A stretch of DNA of 64,000 nt. Origin: an uncultured Chloroflexia bacterium. Lineage in GTDB: Bacteria > Chloroflexota > Limnocylindria > Limnocylindrales > CSP1-4. The translations under genes were made by a program, and so were the position numbers. The notes under the pieces are model-generated. The model did no database searches. It was given only the letters and a program-made list of their open reading frames with translations, and was not told the origin of the DNA. This document shows, in pieces, positions 52,343-62,699 of this stretch (position 1 is its first letter; each line of letters starts with the position of its first letter). The stretch is taken from NCBI GenBank assembly GCA_963743815.1, contig CAVURB010000003.1:681504-745503 (forward strand). The letters are read 5' to 3'.

Positions 52343-53602
52343 CCCGAGTCCTCGGGGTCATCGTCCACAACTGGCCCCTCAAGCTCGCCGCGGTCGGGCT
52401 CGCCACCCTCCTCTATGGCGGCCTCGTCCTGTCCCAGAGCACGCAGACCCTGTCCGGCATCGTGCCGGTCACCGTGGAAGGACAGCCGGACGATACGTTC
52501 CTCCTGACCGCGGTCGAGCCCGTGACGTCCATCCGCTACTTCGCACCGTCCGGCGTGCAGCCGATCGCGACGACCTTCATCGCGACGATCGACGTCTCCG
52601 ATGTCGCCCCGGGCGGTGGCCCGCAGCTCGTCCCGATCGTGGTCACCTCCCTCGACGACCGGATCACGGTCCTCGGCAGCCAGCCGGACGTCATGACCGT
52701 CGAGCTCGACGCGCTCGAGACCCGGACCGTGCCGGTGGTCGTCGACCGCGGCACCGTCCCCGACGGTCTTGAGCTGGGTGAGACGACGATCGATCCGGCC
52801 GAGGTGGAGGTCTCCGGTCCCGACATCGGTCATCGACCTCGTGGTCGCGGCCCGTGCGGACGTCGTCATCCAGTCGGGCGGGATCGATATCGACCAGGAC
52901 ATCCGGCTCGTCCCCGTTGACCAGCTCGGGAGCGCGGTCAGTCCGGTGGACGTGGAGCCCGCGACCGCCCGGGTCCAGATCCCGGTCTTCACCGACCGCG
53001 AGACCCGGACGCTGCCGGTGGGACCGGTCATCACCGGCAACCCGGCGCCCGGATTCGAGATCGCCAGCGTGACCGTGGAGCCATCGGTGGTGACGGTGGA
53101 GGGTGACGCGGACGACCTGGTGGCCCTCGAACAGATCGACACGGCACCGGTTTCGGTGAACGGGATGACCGCCGACACGACGGTCACGGTCGCCCTGTCC
53201 ACGCCCGACGGCGTGACGCCCCTGGACAGCGCGACGGTCGACGTGACGATCACCCTTCGACCGGTCACGGCGACGCGAAGTTTCGAGGTCGGGGTCCGGT
53301 TCGTCGGCGGCGACCCGGACCTTCGGTACGCGGTCGACGTGGATCGCGTGCTCATCGCGGTCGGGGGCTCGATCGCCGACCTCGACCGTCTCGAGGGCGG
53401 GTCGCTCGTCGCCGACCTGGACGTGTCCGGCCTCGGTGTCGGGACCAGCGACGTCGAGGTGACGGCGGACCTGCCGGCCGGGGTCACGCTCGTGAGCGCG
53501 AGTCCGTCGAGCGTGTCGGTCACGATCACGGCCGCCCCCGAAGCGCTCGCTTCGCCATCCGCGTCGGCCACCCCGACGCCCACCGCCAGTCCGGGAGGCT
53601 GA
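52339..53602 (+). pseudogene. cdaR: CdaR (YbbR-domain regulator of CdaA); one frame break at about 52820 (ccc run)
   Basis: N-terminal anchor MTRVLGVIVHNWPLKLAAVGLATLLYGG, repeated beta-rich YbbR-like modules (...VTVEPSVVTVEGDADDLVALEQIDTAPVSV...). Second part is in the ORF 52769 frame. Start overlaps the cdaA stop. Confidence 0.82.
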
Positions 53603-53609
53603 GCCGACG

Positions 53610-54942
53610 ATGTCCCGCCTCTTCGGCACCGATGGCATCCGCGGCGTCGCCAACGTGGATCTCAAGCCGACCCTGGCCTTCGCCCTGGGTCGCGCGACCG
53701 CGCACCGGCTCGGCAGGCCCCGGCGGTTCGATCGTCGTGGGCCAGGACACCCGCCGATCGGGAGATATGTTCGTCGCCGCCATCACGGCCGGGGCCACGA
53801 GCCTCGGCGTGGACGTGCACGTGGTGGGCGTCGTGCCGACACCGGCGCTTGCCTACCTCGCGCGGACCGGACCGTTCGCGGCCGGGATCATGGTCTCGGC
53901 GTCGCACAACCCGGCCGACGACAATGGTCTGAAGGTGCTCGACGCCGACGGCCTCAAGCTCGATGACGCGATCGAGGAAGAGCTCGAACAGCTCATCTGG
54001 CGCGAGGGCGAGCTCGCCGCGGTCGGCAATGCCGCGATCGGCCGGCGGGTCGAGGCGCACGCGGCCGTCGACGGTTATCGCGACCACCGCCTCGGGATGG
54101 CTCGGTCCATCGATGGCTCGGCGCTCACGGTCGTGCTCGATGGCGCGAACGGCTCCGGGGGCGCGTTGGGGGCCGAGATCCTGGCCGCGACCGGGGCGCA
54201 CATCGAGCCGATCCACGTCGCCCCCGACGGCATCAACATCAACGTCCGCTGCGGCGCCACCGACCCGGCGTCCCTCGCGGAGGCCGTCGTCGCCAAGGGG
54301 GCGGCCATCGGGTTCGCCCTCGATGGCGATGCCGACCGGCTCATCGCCGTGGACGCGAACGGGGCGATCGTGGACGGGGACCGGATCCTCGGGATCCTCG
54401 CCCTGGAGCGCCTGGCTCGTGGGGCGCTGCCCGGCGGCCTCGTGGTCTCGGTCCTGTCCAACGGTGGGCTCCAGGCCGCGGTGGAAGCCGCGGGCGGCGC
54501 CGTGATCCGGACGCCGGTCGGGGACAAGTACATCCTCGAGGGGATGCAGCTGAGCGGCGCGACGCTCGGCGGGGAGAAGTCGGGCCACGTGATCATCCTC
54601 GAACACACCACCTCGGGAGACGGGATCGTGACGGCCCTCGAGGTCCTGCGGGTGATGTGCAGTCGGGGCGTCTCCATCGCCGACCTTGCTGCGGACATCC
54701 CGCTCCTGCCCCAACAACAGCGCGCGGTCCGCGCCCGTCACAAGGACCAGTGGGAAGGCGACCCGGTCCTGAGCCGGGCCATCGCCGACGCGACCGCCCG
54801 GCTGGGCGATCGCGGTCGGGTGCTCGTGCGACCGTCCGGGACCGAGCCCGCGCTGCGGGTCATGGTCGAAGGCGAGGACGACGCCCTCGTCCTGGAGCTC
54901 GCCGACGCGCTCGCGGCCCTCGCGAAGGAGCGTCTACACTAG
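53610..54942 (+). pseudogene. glmM: Phosphoglucosamine mutase GlmM; one frame break at about 53715
   Basis: MSRLFGTDGIRGVANVDLKPTLAFALGRATAHRLG (ORF 53610), then GPGGSIVVGQDTRRSGDM...GIMVSASHNPADDNGLKVL... (ORF 53632 frame) to 54942. Confidence 0.9.
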
Positions 54943-55014
54943 CGGCCGCTGCCCACCGTAGGAGTCACGACCCGTCGGTCGCCGCCGCCGGGCACGAACG
55001 AAAGGACGGACGGC

Positions 55015-56847
55015 ATGTGCGGCATCGTCGGCTACACGGGACCCCGGGAGGCGGGTCCGATCCTCATCGAGGGACTCCGGCGGCTGGAGTATCGCGGCTA
55101 CGATTCGGCCGGGATCGCCCTCGTCGATGACGCCGGCGACCTGTTCGTCGAGAAGAAGGCCGGGAAGCTGGCCAATCTCCAGACCGCGCTCGTGGACCGC
55201 CTGCCCCATGCCGCCATCGGCCTCGCGCACACCCGCTGGGCGACGCATGGCCGGCCCAACGACCTCAATGCCCATCCGCATCAGGACTGCACGGGCGACA
55301 TCACGGTCATCCACAACGGGATCATCGAGAACTTCCGCGAGCTGCGCGACGGCCTCGAGGCGCGGGGCCATCGGCTCACCTCGGAGACCGACACCGAAGC
55401 GCTCGCGCACCTCGTGGAGGAGGCCTACAGCGGGGACCTGGCCGAGGCGGTGCGCGTCGCGCTCCGGCAGGCCCAGGGCGCCTACGCGATCGCCGTCATG
55501 CACCGCGGCGAGGGCGACCGGCTCATCGGCGCGCGGCAGGACGTGCCCCTCGTCGTGGGCCTCGCCGATGGCGAGAGCTTCCTCGCGAGTGACGTCGCGG
55601 CGATCCTGGCGCACACGGACCGCGTGATCTTCCTGGAGGAAGGTGACGTCGCCGACCTTCGGCCGTGGGGGGTCTCGATCAGCGGGGTTGACGGGTCGCC
55701 CCGCGAGCGCGCCGTGACCGTCATCGATTGGACGCCCGAGGCCGCCGAGAAGGGCGGCTACGAGACCTTCATGCTCAAGGAGATCCACGAGCAACCCACC
55801 GCCCTTGCCCAGTCGATCGCGGGACGGGTGGGACGCGACGACCGCATCCTCGCCGGGGAGCTGGACGGCCTCGAAGACCGGATCCGCGCAGCGACCCGCA
55901 TCGAGCTCGTCGCGTGCGGGACCGCCTCGTACGCCGCGATGGCCGGGGCGGCGGCGATGGAGGCCTGGGCGGGGATCCCGGCCCGCGTGACGGTCGGCTC
56001 GGAGTTCCGCTACTCCCCACCGCCGCTCGATCGGGACACGCTGGTGATCGCGGTCACGCAGTCCGGCGAGACGGCGGACACGATCGCCCCGACGCGGCTG
56101 GCCCGCGAGCGCGGGTGCGCGATCGTCGCGGTCACGAACACCGTCGGGTCCGCGATCACGCGCGAGGCCGACGCGGTCATGTTCCTGCAGGCGGGTCCCG
56201 AGATCGCCGTCGCCGCTTCCAAGACGTTCGTGACCCAGATGACGACCCTCATCGTCCTGGCGGCGGGGATCGCCAAGATCCGCGGCACCCTGACCGAAGA
56301 CCAGGAGCACGAGCTGGGCGCCGCTCTGCGCGCCCTGCCGGCGGCGGCCGCCCGCGCGATCGAGGCCAACGCTCCCGGTGCCCCGGACCTTGCCCGTCGC
56401 TACGTCAATTCCCGCGGGTTCATGTTCGTGGGTCGGGGGCCGGGGTACGCGGTCGCGCTCGAGGGAGCCCTCAAGCTCAAGGAAGTGAGCTACGTGCACG
56501 CCGAGGGGTACGCCGCGGGCGAACTCAAGCACGGGCCGATCTCGCTGCTGGATGCCGAGTGTCCACTGGTCGCGGTCGCCACGCGGTCGTCCGTGTACGA
56601 CAAGCTCATCAGCAACGTGATGGAGGGACGCGCCCGCGACGCCCGGATCATCGCGGTCGCGACCGAGGGCGACGAGGCGATCGCGCACTACGCCGATGAC
56701 GTGTGCTGGGTCCCCGATACCCACGAACTGCTGAGCGGTGTGCTGGCCATCATCCCGCTCCAGCTCTTCGCCTACCACGTGGCCGAGGCCCGCGGCACGG
56801 ACGTGGACCAGCCACGCAACCTCGCCAAGTCCGTCACGGTCGAGTAG
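55015..56847 (+). CDS. glmS: Glutamine--fructose-6-phosphate aminotransferase
   Basis: MCGIVGYTG (N-terminal Cys nucleophile), two SIS domains, C-terminal ...DQPRNLAKSVTVE. 610 aa. Confidence 0.97.
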   Translation: MCGIVGYTGPREAGPILIEGLRRLEYRGYDSAGIALVDDAGDLFVEKKAGKLANLQTALVDRLPHAAIGLAHTRWATHGRPNDLNAHPHQDCTGDITVIHNGIIENFRELRDGLEARGHRLTSETDTEALAHLVEEAYSGDLAEAVRVALRQAQGAYAIAVMHRGEGDRLIGARQDVPLVVGLADGESFLASDVAAILAHTDRVIFLEEGDVADLRPWGVSISGVDGSPRERAVTVIDWTPEAAEKGGYETFMLKEIHEQPTALAQSIAGRVGRDDRILAGELDGLEDRIRAATRIELVACGTASYAAMAGAAAMEAWAGIPARVTVGSEFRYSPPPLDRDTLVIAVTQSGETADTIAPTRLARERGCAIVAVTNTVGSAITREADAVMFLQAGPEIAVAASKTFVTQMTTLIVLAAGIAKIRGTLTEDQEHELGAALRALPAAAARAIEANAPGAPDLARRYVNSRGFMFVGRGPGYAVALEGALKLKEVSYVHAEGYAAGELKHGPISLLDAECPLVAVATRSSVYDKLISNVMEGRARDARIIAVATEGDEAIAHYADDVCWVPDTHELLSGVLAIIPLQLFAYHVAEARGTDVDQPRNLAKSVTVE

Positions 56848-56849
56848 GG

Positions 56850-57437
56850 ATGGGCCCGGTCGCCGACCCGTCGGACGCTCCGGTCCCGGCCGGCTTCGTG
56901 CCGGAGGGCACGACCGAACTCGGCATCGACATCATCAAGGTGGATCGCATCCGGGCGACGCTGGCCCGGTTCGGGCCGCGATTCGCGGGACGCGTCCTCA
57001 CCCCGGCCGAACAGCGCTACGTCCGGGACCGGCCCGAGACGTTCGCCGGCCGCTGGGCCGCCAAGGAAGCCGTATCCAAGGTGCTCGGCCTGGGCGTGCG
57101 CGGGATCGGGTGGCGCGACATCGAGGTGGAGCGTCTGCCCACCGGGCAGCCTGCCGTCCGCCTCCATGGACGGGCCGCGGCCCGGGCGGATCAGCTCGGG
57201 ATGACCAGGATCGCCGTCTCGATCAGCCACGAATCGGATTACGCGGTGGCGATCGCGTTCGGGATCCGGACCGCCGGTGGACGCTACGTCTTCCCGCTCG
57301 ACATCGAAGAGCGCCTCGATGAACGCGAACGTCGGATCCTTGCCCGCATCGAGCGGCTGCGCACGGTCGCCGAGGCCGGTGGCGCGGGGGCCATGGCCTC
57401 GGACGCGCCGACGCCGCAGGATGCTCGACCCCGATGA
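56850..57437 (+). CDS. acpS: Holo-[acyl-carrier-protein] synthase with a roughly 70-aa C-terminal extension
   Basis: GIDIIKVDRIRATLARFGPRFAGRVLTPAEQ...FAGRWAAKEAVSKVLG...ISHESDYAVAIA, then the charged tail ...ERLDERERRILARIERLRTVAEAG.... Confidence 0.85.
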   Translation: MGPVADPSDAPVPAGFVPEGTTELGIDIIKVDRIRATLARFGPRFAGRVLTPAEQRYVRDRPETFAGRWAAKEAVSKVLGLGVRGIGWRDIEVERLPTGQPAVRLHGRAAARADQLGMTRIAVSISHESDYAVAIAFGIRTAGGRYVFPLDIEERLDERERRILARIERLRTVAEAGGAGAMASDAPTPQDARPR

Positions 57438-58609
57438 CCAGGACGGACATGCCTGAGCGCCGCCCCGTGGGGTTCGGCCGACGGGACGCCGCCGCCGAGA
57501 CGACGGGGCTTCGGGGGGACCGCGACGGACGTGGCTCGGATCGTCCGTGGCCCGAGGGCGCCATCCGCCTCGACGACGACCTTGCCGCGTCGCTGCTCCC
57601 GTCGCGGCCGTCCCGCGGCCACAAGGGATCGTTCGGCCGGCTCCTCGTGATCGCCGGGTCGCTCGACTATGCCGGGGCGGCGCTGCTCGCGTGTCGGGCC
57701 GCTGGTCGTGCCGGCGTAGGTCTCGTGACGCTGGCCGTCCCCGAGTCGCTCCAGCCGCTGTTCGCGGCCAAGGTCGTCGAGGCCACGACGATGGCCCTTC
57801 CCGAGGACGATGTGGAGGAGGTGGATCCCGAACCTGCCCTCGCGCGGATCCTCGACCACGAGCACGATGCCATCCTCGTCGGCCCCGGCCTGCGCCCCGG
57901 CCTCGCGACCAGGGAGCTCGTCCGCGAGCTGATCGCGGCCCCGGGCGACGATGCAGCGCCGATCGTCCTCGACGCCGAAGCGCTGCGCTCGATCGCGAGC
58001 ATGGACCGCTGGTGGGACGGGGAGCGGCGGCCGGCCGTGCTGACCCCGCATACGGGCGAGTTCGGTCGGCTCCGGGCCGGGAGCGGCCACGATCCCGACG
58101 CGGACGGTGACCTCGTCCTCGATGACGACGCGCGGGTCGTCGCCACCCGGGATGCGGCGCGCGAGTGGGGTCAGGTCGTGGTCCTCAAGGGCGCACGAAC
58201 CGTGGTCGCCGCACCGGACGGCGAGGTGGCCGTCGCACCGTTCGAGAACCCGGCCCTGGCCAGCGGTGGCACCGGCGACGTGCTTGCGGGCGCGATCGGC
58301 GCCTTCCTGGCACAGGGCCTCACCCCGTTCTCGGCGGCGCGCCTGGGGGTCTACGTCCATGGGACCGCGGGCGAGGCGGTCCGCGAGCGGTTCGGAGACG
58401 CTGGGCTCCTCGCCTCGGACCTGCCCGACGGGCTCGCGATCAGCCGGAAACGCCTCGCGGCCCTCGCGGAACGGCGGGCATCGGGCAAACGACTCGGATT
58501 CGGGGCGCGCGAGGTGACCCGTCCGGACGACCCGGCCGACCAGGGCGGGAATCAGGCGTCCGCGCGGTTCTGGCGCGGCGATGCACCACGAACCGCCCAG
58601 GAACCGTGA
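57434..58609 (+). CDS. nnrD: ADP-dependent NAD(P)H-hydrate dehydratase (YjeF C-terminal/NnrD domain only)
   Basis: HKGSFGRLLVIAGSLDYAGAALLACRAAGRAGVGLVTL...LTPHTGEFGRL...VVLKGARTVV...ASGGTGDVLAGAIGAFLAQG. Confidence 0.88.
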   Translation: MTRTDMPERRPVGFGRRDAAAETTGLRGDRDGRGSDRPWPEGAIRLDDDLAASLLPSRPSRGHKGSFGRLLVIAGSLDYAGAALLACRAAGRAGVGLVTLAVPESLQPLFAAKVVEATTMALPEDDVEEVDPEPALARILDHEHDAILVGPGLRPGLATRELVRELIAAPGDDAAPIVLDAEALRSIASMDRWWDGERRPAVLTPHTGEFGRLRAGSGHDPDADGDLVLDDDARVVATRDAAREWGQVVVLKGARTVVAAPDGEVAVAPFENPALASGGTGDVLAGAIGAFLAQGLTPFSAARLGVYVHGTAGEAVRERFGDAGLLASDLPDGLAISRKRLAALAERRASGKRLGFGAREVTRPDDPADQGGNQASARFWRGDAPRTAQEP

Positions 58610-58695
58610 CCCGAATGGCTACAGGGTGGCGCCGGGTGTACCATGCGGCCTCCGCACGGTCGACGTCCCCGATCTGACCGAGCGGTGAGGGTGAA

Positions 58696-59265
58696 GTGGC
58701 ACGGATCGAGCTCTGGAACGGCGATATCTGCGACCTCGAAGTCGATGCCATCGTCAATCCGGCCAACCTGTCGTTGTGGATGGCGACCGGGGTCGGTGGC
58801 GCGATCAAGCGCGCGGGCGGTGACGGCATCGAGTTCGCTGCCGTGCGCCAGGCGCCGGTGCCCCTCGGGGGAGCTGTCGTCACAACGGCGGGCAACCTCG
58901 CAGCCAGGGCCATCATCCACGCGGTGTCACTGGACCGCGACCGACGGACGAGCGGACCCGTCATCGAGGCGGCGACGCGGAGCGCGATGGCGCGAGCCCG
59001 TGAGATCGGTGCCCGGACGATCGCCTTCCCGGCATTGGGAACCGGCGTGGGCGGCTATCCACTCGACGAAGCCGCCCGAGTGACCGTGCAGACCGTCCGC
59101 GACGAACTCTTGCACTCGCCCGACATCGACGTCGTGACCTTCGCCCTTCGGGGCGCGGCCGCCTACGAGGCCTTCGCTGCGGCGTTGGGCGCCTCCCCGG
59201 CGGGTGGCGCGCCGAGCGGAGGCACGATCTCCGGTGCGAGCTTCTCCGCGGCCGCGTTGCGATGA
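58696..59265 (+). CDS. Macro-domain protein (ADP-ribose binding / O-acetyl-ADP-ribose deacetylase-like)
   Basis: ELWNGDICDLEVDAIVNPANLSLWMATGVGGAIKRAGG...IIHAV...IAFPALGTGVGGYPLDEAA. Confidence 0.85.
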   Translation: MARIELWNGDICDLEVDAIVNPANLSLWMATGVGGAIKRAGGDGIEFAAVRQAPVPLGGAVVTTAGNLAARAIIHAVSLDRDRRTSGPVIEAATRSAMARAREIGARTIAFPALGTGVGGYPLDEAARVTVQTVRDELLHSPDIDVVTFALRGAAAYEAFAAALGASPAGGAPSGGTISGASFSAAALR

Positions 59266-59552
59266 GCTTCGCGATGGAATCCAACGAGGAGCAACGCGAT
59301 GAGCTGGTCGAGCAGGTCGCCCGCGAGATCCAGCTGCGCGGACTGACGTCGTCGGCCGTGCTCTTCCTCGAGGCGAGCCGACCGTACCGCGCCCTGGGCG
59401 CGAACGCCATGCTCTTCTTTGACCCGGTGCTGCGCGGCGTGTTCGGCGGCGATCTGGCGTCCGCGAGCGAGATCCTCGCCGATGAGACCGGGATCGAGCT
59501 GCTCATCGCGCGGCTCGAGGAGATCGACGAAGAGATCGCCTGGGACGCGTGA
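59262..59552 (+). CDS. Hypothetical small acidic protein (96 aa), translationally coupled to the macro-domain gene
   Basis: The ATG overlaps the macro-gene TGA (ATGA). Acidic termini flank a hydrophobic core (AVLFLEASRPYRALGANAMLFFDPVL). No motif I recognise. Confidence 0.5.
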   Translation: MSFAMESNEEQRDELVEQVAREIQLRGLTSSAVLFLEASRPYRALGANAMLFFDPVLRGVFGGDLASASEILADETGIELLIARLEEIDEEIAWDA

Positions 59553-59591
59553 GCGCGGACGTTCGACGCCGCTCCCGGTAGCATTGCCGCG

Positions 59592-61210
59592 GTGACTCCC
59601 GAGCCGCGCGCATTCCTCGCCATCGACCACGGATCGGCCACGTCGTCCATCGCACTCATCGGGCGCCTGGATGCGGCCTGGCGGCTGCTCGGCAGCCTCG
59701 CGATCCCGGCGTCGGCCGATGTCGACCAGGCGATCGATGTCCTTGGACGCCGGTTCCGATCGGCCGACCCCGAGCTGGCCGACGCCCAGGGTCTCGGCGC
59801 GAGTGGGGTCGCCCTGGAGCGACTGCCGAGGCTCGAGGTGCGCAGCAAGCGACCGGGCCGGTTGGCCGTCGTCGCCGGCTCCGAGCGGACGTTGACGAGC
59901 CTCGTCGCGTCGGCGGCCCGAAGCGGATGGCGCGTCACCGGATCGAGCATGGAGACCGCCGACCCCCTCGCGATGTCGCGGCTGTTGATGGCACCCGACG
60001 TCGACGGCATCCTGGCCGGGGCGGGCGACCCGCCGCGTGCAGAGGAACGGACCGCCATCCGGGAGCTCGCGGCGCTCGTGGCGGCCGTGGCCCAGCGCCG
60101 TCCGGAGCTACCGGTCGTGCTCGCGGGTGCGATGTCGGAGGGACTCTCGTCGTTCGGGGACGTCGCCGAACGACCGGGGGAACTCGTGCTGGCGCCCCCG
60201 GCGCCGCCGGCCCACGCGGCAGCCGGTGGCGGACCGCTGTCGGACCTGCTCCTCGAGCTCGCGCTTCCGGTCGATGACCCGCGGCGGGCCATCGGGCCCG
60301 CCACCCAGGCCCTCGCCGACGTCCTGGACCGGCACGTCGAAACGATCGTCCTGGGCCATGACGCCGGGGTCCGGGCGTGGGCATCACCATCCGCCGGCGG
60401 GCAGGACGGCGTGGCCCGATTGGCGGTGGTCGCATCGGCGGCGGTCGCCCTCGACGATCCGGACGACGCCGTGGTGGATGGCGTGCTGGTGTGGTCCACG
60501 GTGGCGTCGGACCGTCACCGTCTCCGGGACCGCCTGCGGGAACTGCGGATCGCCCCGTGGGCGGACGCGGCGGGCGAGGGTGCGGCCCTGCGGATGGCCG
60601 CCGCCCGCGCCGCCCTGGGCCGGCTCGCCGCCGCGACCCCGGATCACGCGACCGCCCCAAGTCCCGATCTCATCGTGACCGCGGGCGGCGTCTGGTCGTC
60701 GGTCCCGGCGTCCACGGTGACGCTTGCCATCGTGGACGTGATCCGCCGCCCGGGGCGAGCCAGTACGCCCTCGATCATGCCCGGCTGCTCGGCGCACTCG
60801 GTTCCATCCCCGATCCCGGGGAGCGCCTCGTGGTCATGGCCGACCTCGCGGATGACCTTCTCGCGCCCCTCGGCAGCGTCGTGACGCCGGCCGGCCTGCG
60901 GGCCGGACGGTCGGCCGGAGGCCTGACCGTGCATGCCGGCGGCACATCGACCGAGCTGGATCTCATCCCGGGTGGTCTTGAACTCGTTGACCTGGCGCCG
61001 GGCGAGGTCGCGACGGCCGAGTTCCGCTTCCGCGACACGGTCCGCCTGGGGACGCGCGGCCGCCACTTCGCGGTGGATGTCGGCGGGGGCCTGAGCGGGT
61101 TGCTGGTGGACCTGCGGGACGTGCCGCTCCGGCTCCCCGATCGCGCAGATCGCCGGCGCGACCTCCTCCAGGCGTGGCAGACGGCGCTCTGGGCGGGGTC
61201 GCAGGAATGA
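59592..61210 (+). pseudogene. Hypothetical roughly 540-aa protein, possibly an ASKHA-fold (glutamate-mutase-MutL-like) ATPase; one frame break at about 60753
   Basis: N-terminal phosphate-1-like AFLAIDHGSATSSIALIG. PDVDGILAGAGDP...PVVLAGAM resembles the MutL-family layout as I recall it. The C-terminal third continues in the ORF 60377 frame (SQYALDHARLLGALGSIPDPGERLVVMADL...). Confidence 0.45.
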
Positions 61211-62201
61211 ACGAGACGGACCCGACGGTCGTCGCCGAGGCTGCGCCACCGGACGTGGGACTCGTGAGCCGCCGCTCCCTCATCGACGAGCACGTCGAGG
61301 TCCGGTTCACCCTGAGCCCCGGCGACCGCCCGCTGGTGGCCGCCGGCGAGACCGTCGTGGCGGGTGCCCCGATCGCCGAACGACTCCGCGACGCCCGACT
61401 CGACGAGGTCGTCGTGCCGGGGTCCGCGCTGCCGCATCCCGGTGGTCGCGTCGCGAACGGCGAGCTCCTCTTCGACTGGCACGGGCGATGGCGCGTCGCG
61501 ACCGGCGACCTGACCGAGCCGCTCGAGAGCCCGGTCGCCGGGATCGTCCGCGAGGTCCGGCCCGGCTCGTCGATCACGGTGCGGACCGGTGGGCGGGCGA
61601 TGCACGGCGTGGTCGCCCTGGGCGGCCCCACCCGGGGCCGGCTGCGGATCGCGACGGGCAAGGACGGGGAGCTGCGCTCGGGTGGTCTGGACGTCGGCTA
61701 TGCCGGCAGCATCCTCGTCGTCGGGTCGCGGATCGACGCCGAGACGCTCACGAGGGCCCGTGCCATGGGCGTCCGTGGCGTGATCGTGAGCGGGTTCGCC
61801 AGCAAGGAGCGGCGCGATTTCTCGGCCTCGGAACGTCGTCAGCGCGCCGCGCTCCATCGCCTGGCGTCCATTCGCCGTCCTCGTCCTGGATGGAGCGCTG
61901 CGCCGTCCGTTCTCGGCGCCCGTGCAGGCCGTCCTCGACGGACTCGTCGGGCGTGACGTGGCGATCGTCACGGACCCGCCGATGCTCGTGTTCGATGCGC
62001 CGGAGGTTCGGACGCCGTCGTCGATGGCCGGCTACGTCCGTGTCCGTGCCGGCGAGCACGCCGGTCGCGAGGGGACCTGGGCCGGGTTGCTCGGCCCGCG
62101 GCGGTTCAGCGGGGGCGTCCACCTCGAGGCGGCTGCGCGTCCTCTTGCCCGAGGGCGCCACGATCGCGGTGCCGCTCGGGGACCTGGAGCGGTTCGGCTG
62201 A
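61207..62201 (+). pseudogene. Hypothetical roughly 330-aa protein coupled to the preceding gene; two frame breaks (about 61867, about 62137)
   Basis: The ATG overlaps the upstream TGA. Pieces: MNETDPTVV...SPVAGIVREVRPGSSITV...GSILVVGSRIDAETLTRARAMGVRGVIVSG...RRQRAALHRLA, then PFAVLVLDGALRRPFSAPVQAVLDGLVGRDVAIVTDPPMLVFDAPE...VRVRAGEHAGREGTWAGLLG..., then VLLPEGATIAVPLGDLERFG*. Confidence 0.45.
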
Positions 62202-62223
62202 CCTTTCGGCTACGCTCGCACCG

Positions 62224-62699
62224 ATGACGTCCACCACCGTTCCGTCGCGCACCATCGTCTGCCCCGACCCGGCGTCCACGACACGCCTGGGCGCGACCCT
62301 GGCCGGCGTGGCCACCGCCGGCGATCTCGTCTGCCTGTGGGGCGAGCTCGGGGCCGGCAAGACGCACCTCGCGAAGGCTTTCGGCGCGGGCCTCGGCGTG
62401 GCCGATACCATCGTGTCGCCCTCGTTCGTCCTCATGGCCGAGTACCAGGGCCGGTTGCCGCTGTTCCACATCGACCTGTATCGCCTGGCCGATGCCGCCG
62501 ACGCGTTCGGGGGCGGGCTGATCGATGACCGCCAGGCGACCGGCGTGACGCTCGTGGAATGGCCCGAACGCATGGGCGACACGCTGCCGGCGGGACGGCT
62601 CGACGTTCGGATCGATGGGTCCGGCGACGAGCCCGCGGATCATCACGCTCGGAGGCCGGCAGCGATGCCGATCGACGCTACCTGGACGCGGTCGGATGA
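62224..62699 (+). pseudogene. tsaE: tRNA t6A37 biosynthesis ATPase TsaE; two frame breaks near the 3' end (about 62633, about 62651)
   Basis: ...VCLWGELGAGKTHLAKAFGAGLGV...VSPSFVLMAEYQGRLPLFHIDLYRL...VTLVEWPE.... Tail DEP, then RIITL, then EAGSDADRRYLDAVG*. Both breaks are one-base excesses in ccc and gg runs. Confidence 0.85.

Noticed and set aside
54943-55014. Possible glmS ribozyme in the glmS 5' UTR
   Set aside because: Only 72 nt separate the glmM stop from the glmS ATG, far shorter than the roughly 170-nt ribozyme. I saw none of its conserved core. An Rfam scan would settle it.
58696-59552. Macro-domain gene plus a small overlapping gene as a DarTG-like toxin-antitoxin pair
   Set aside because: DarG is a larger macro-plus-C-terminal-domain protein paired with an upstream DarT (DUF4433-type) toxin. 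Here the partner is a 96-aa acidic protein downstream with no resemblance I can see, and the pair continues into two further coupled genes.
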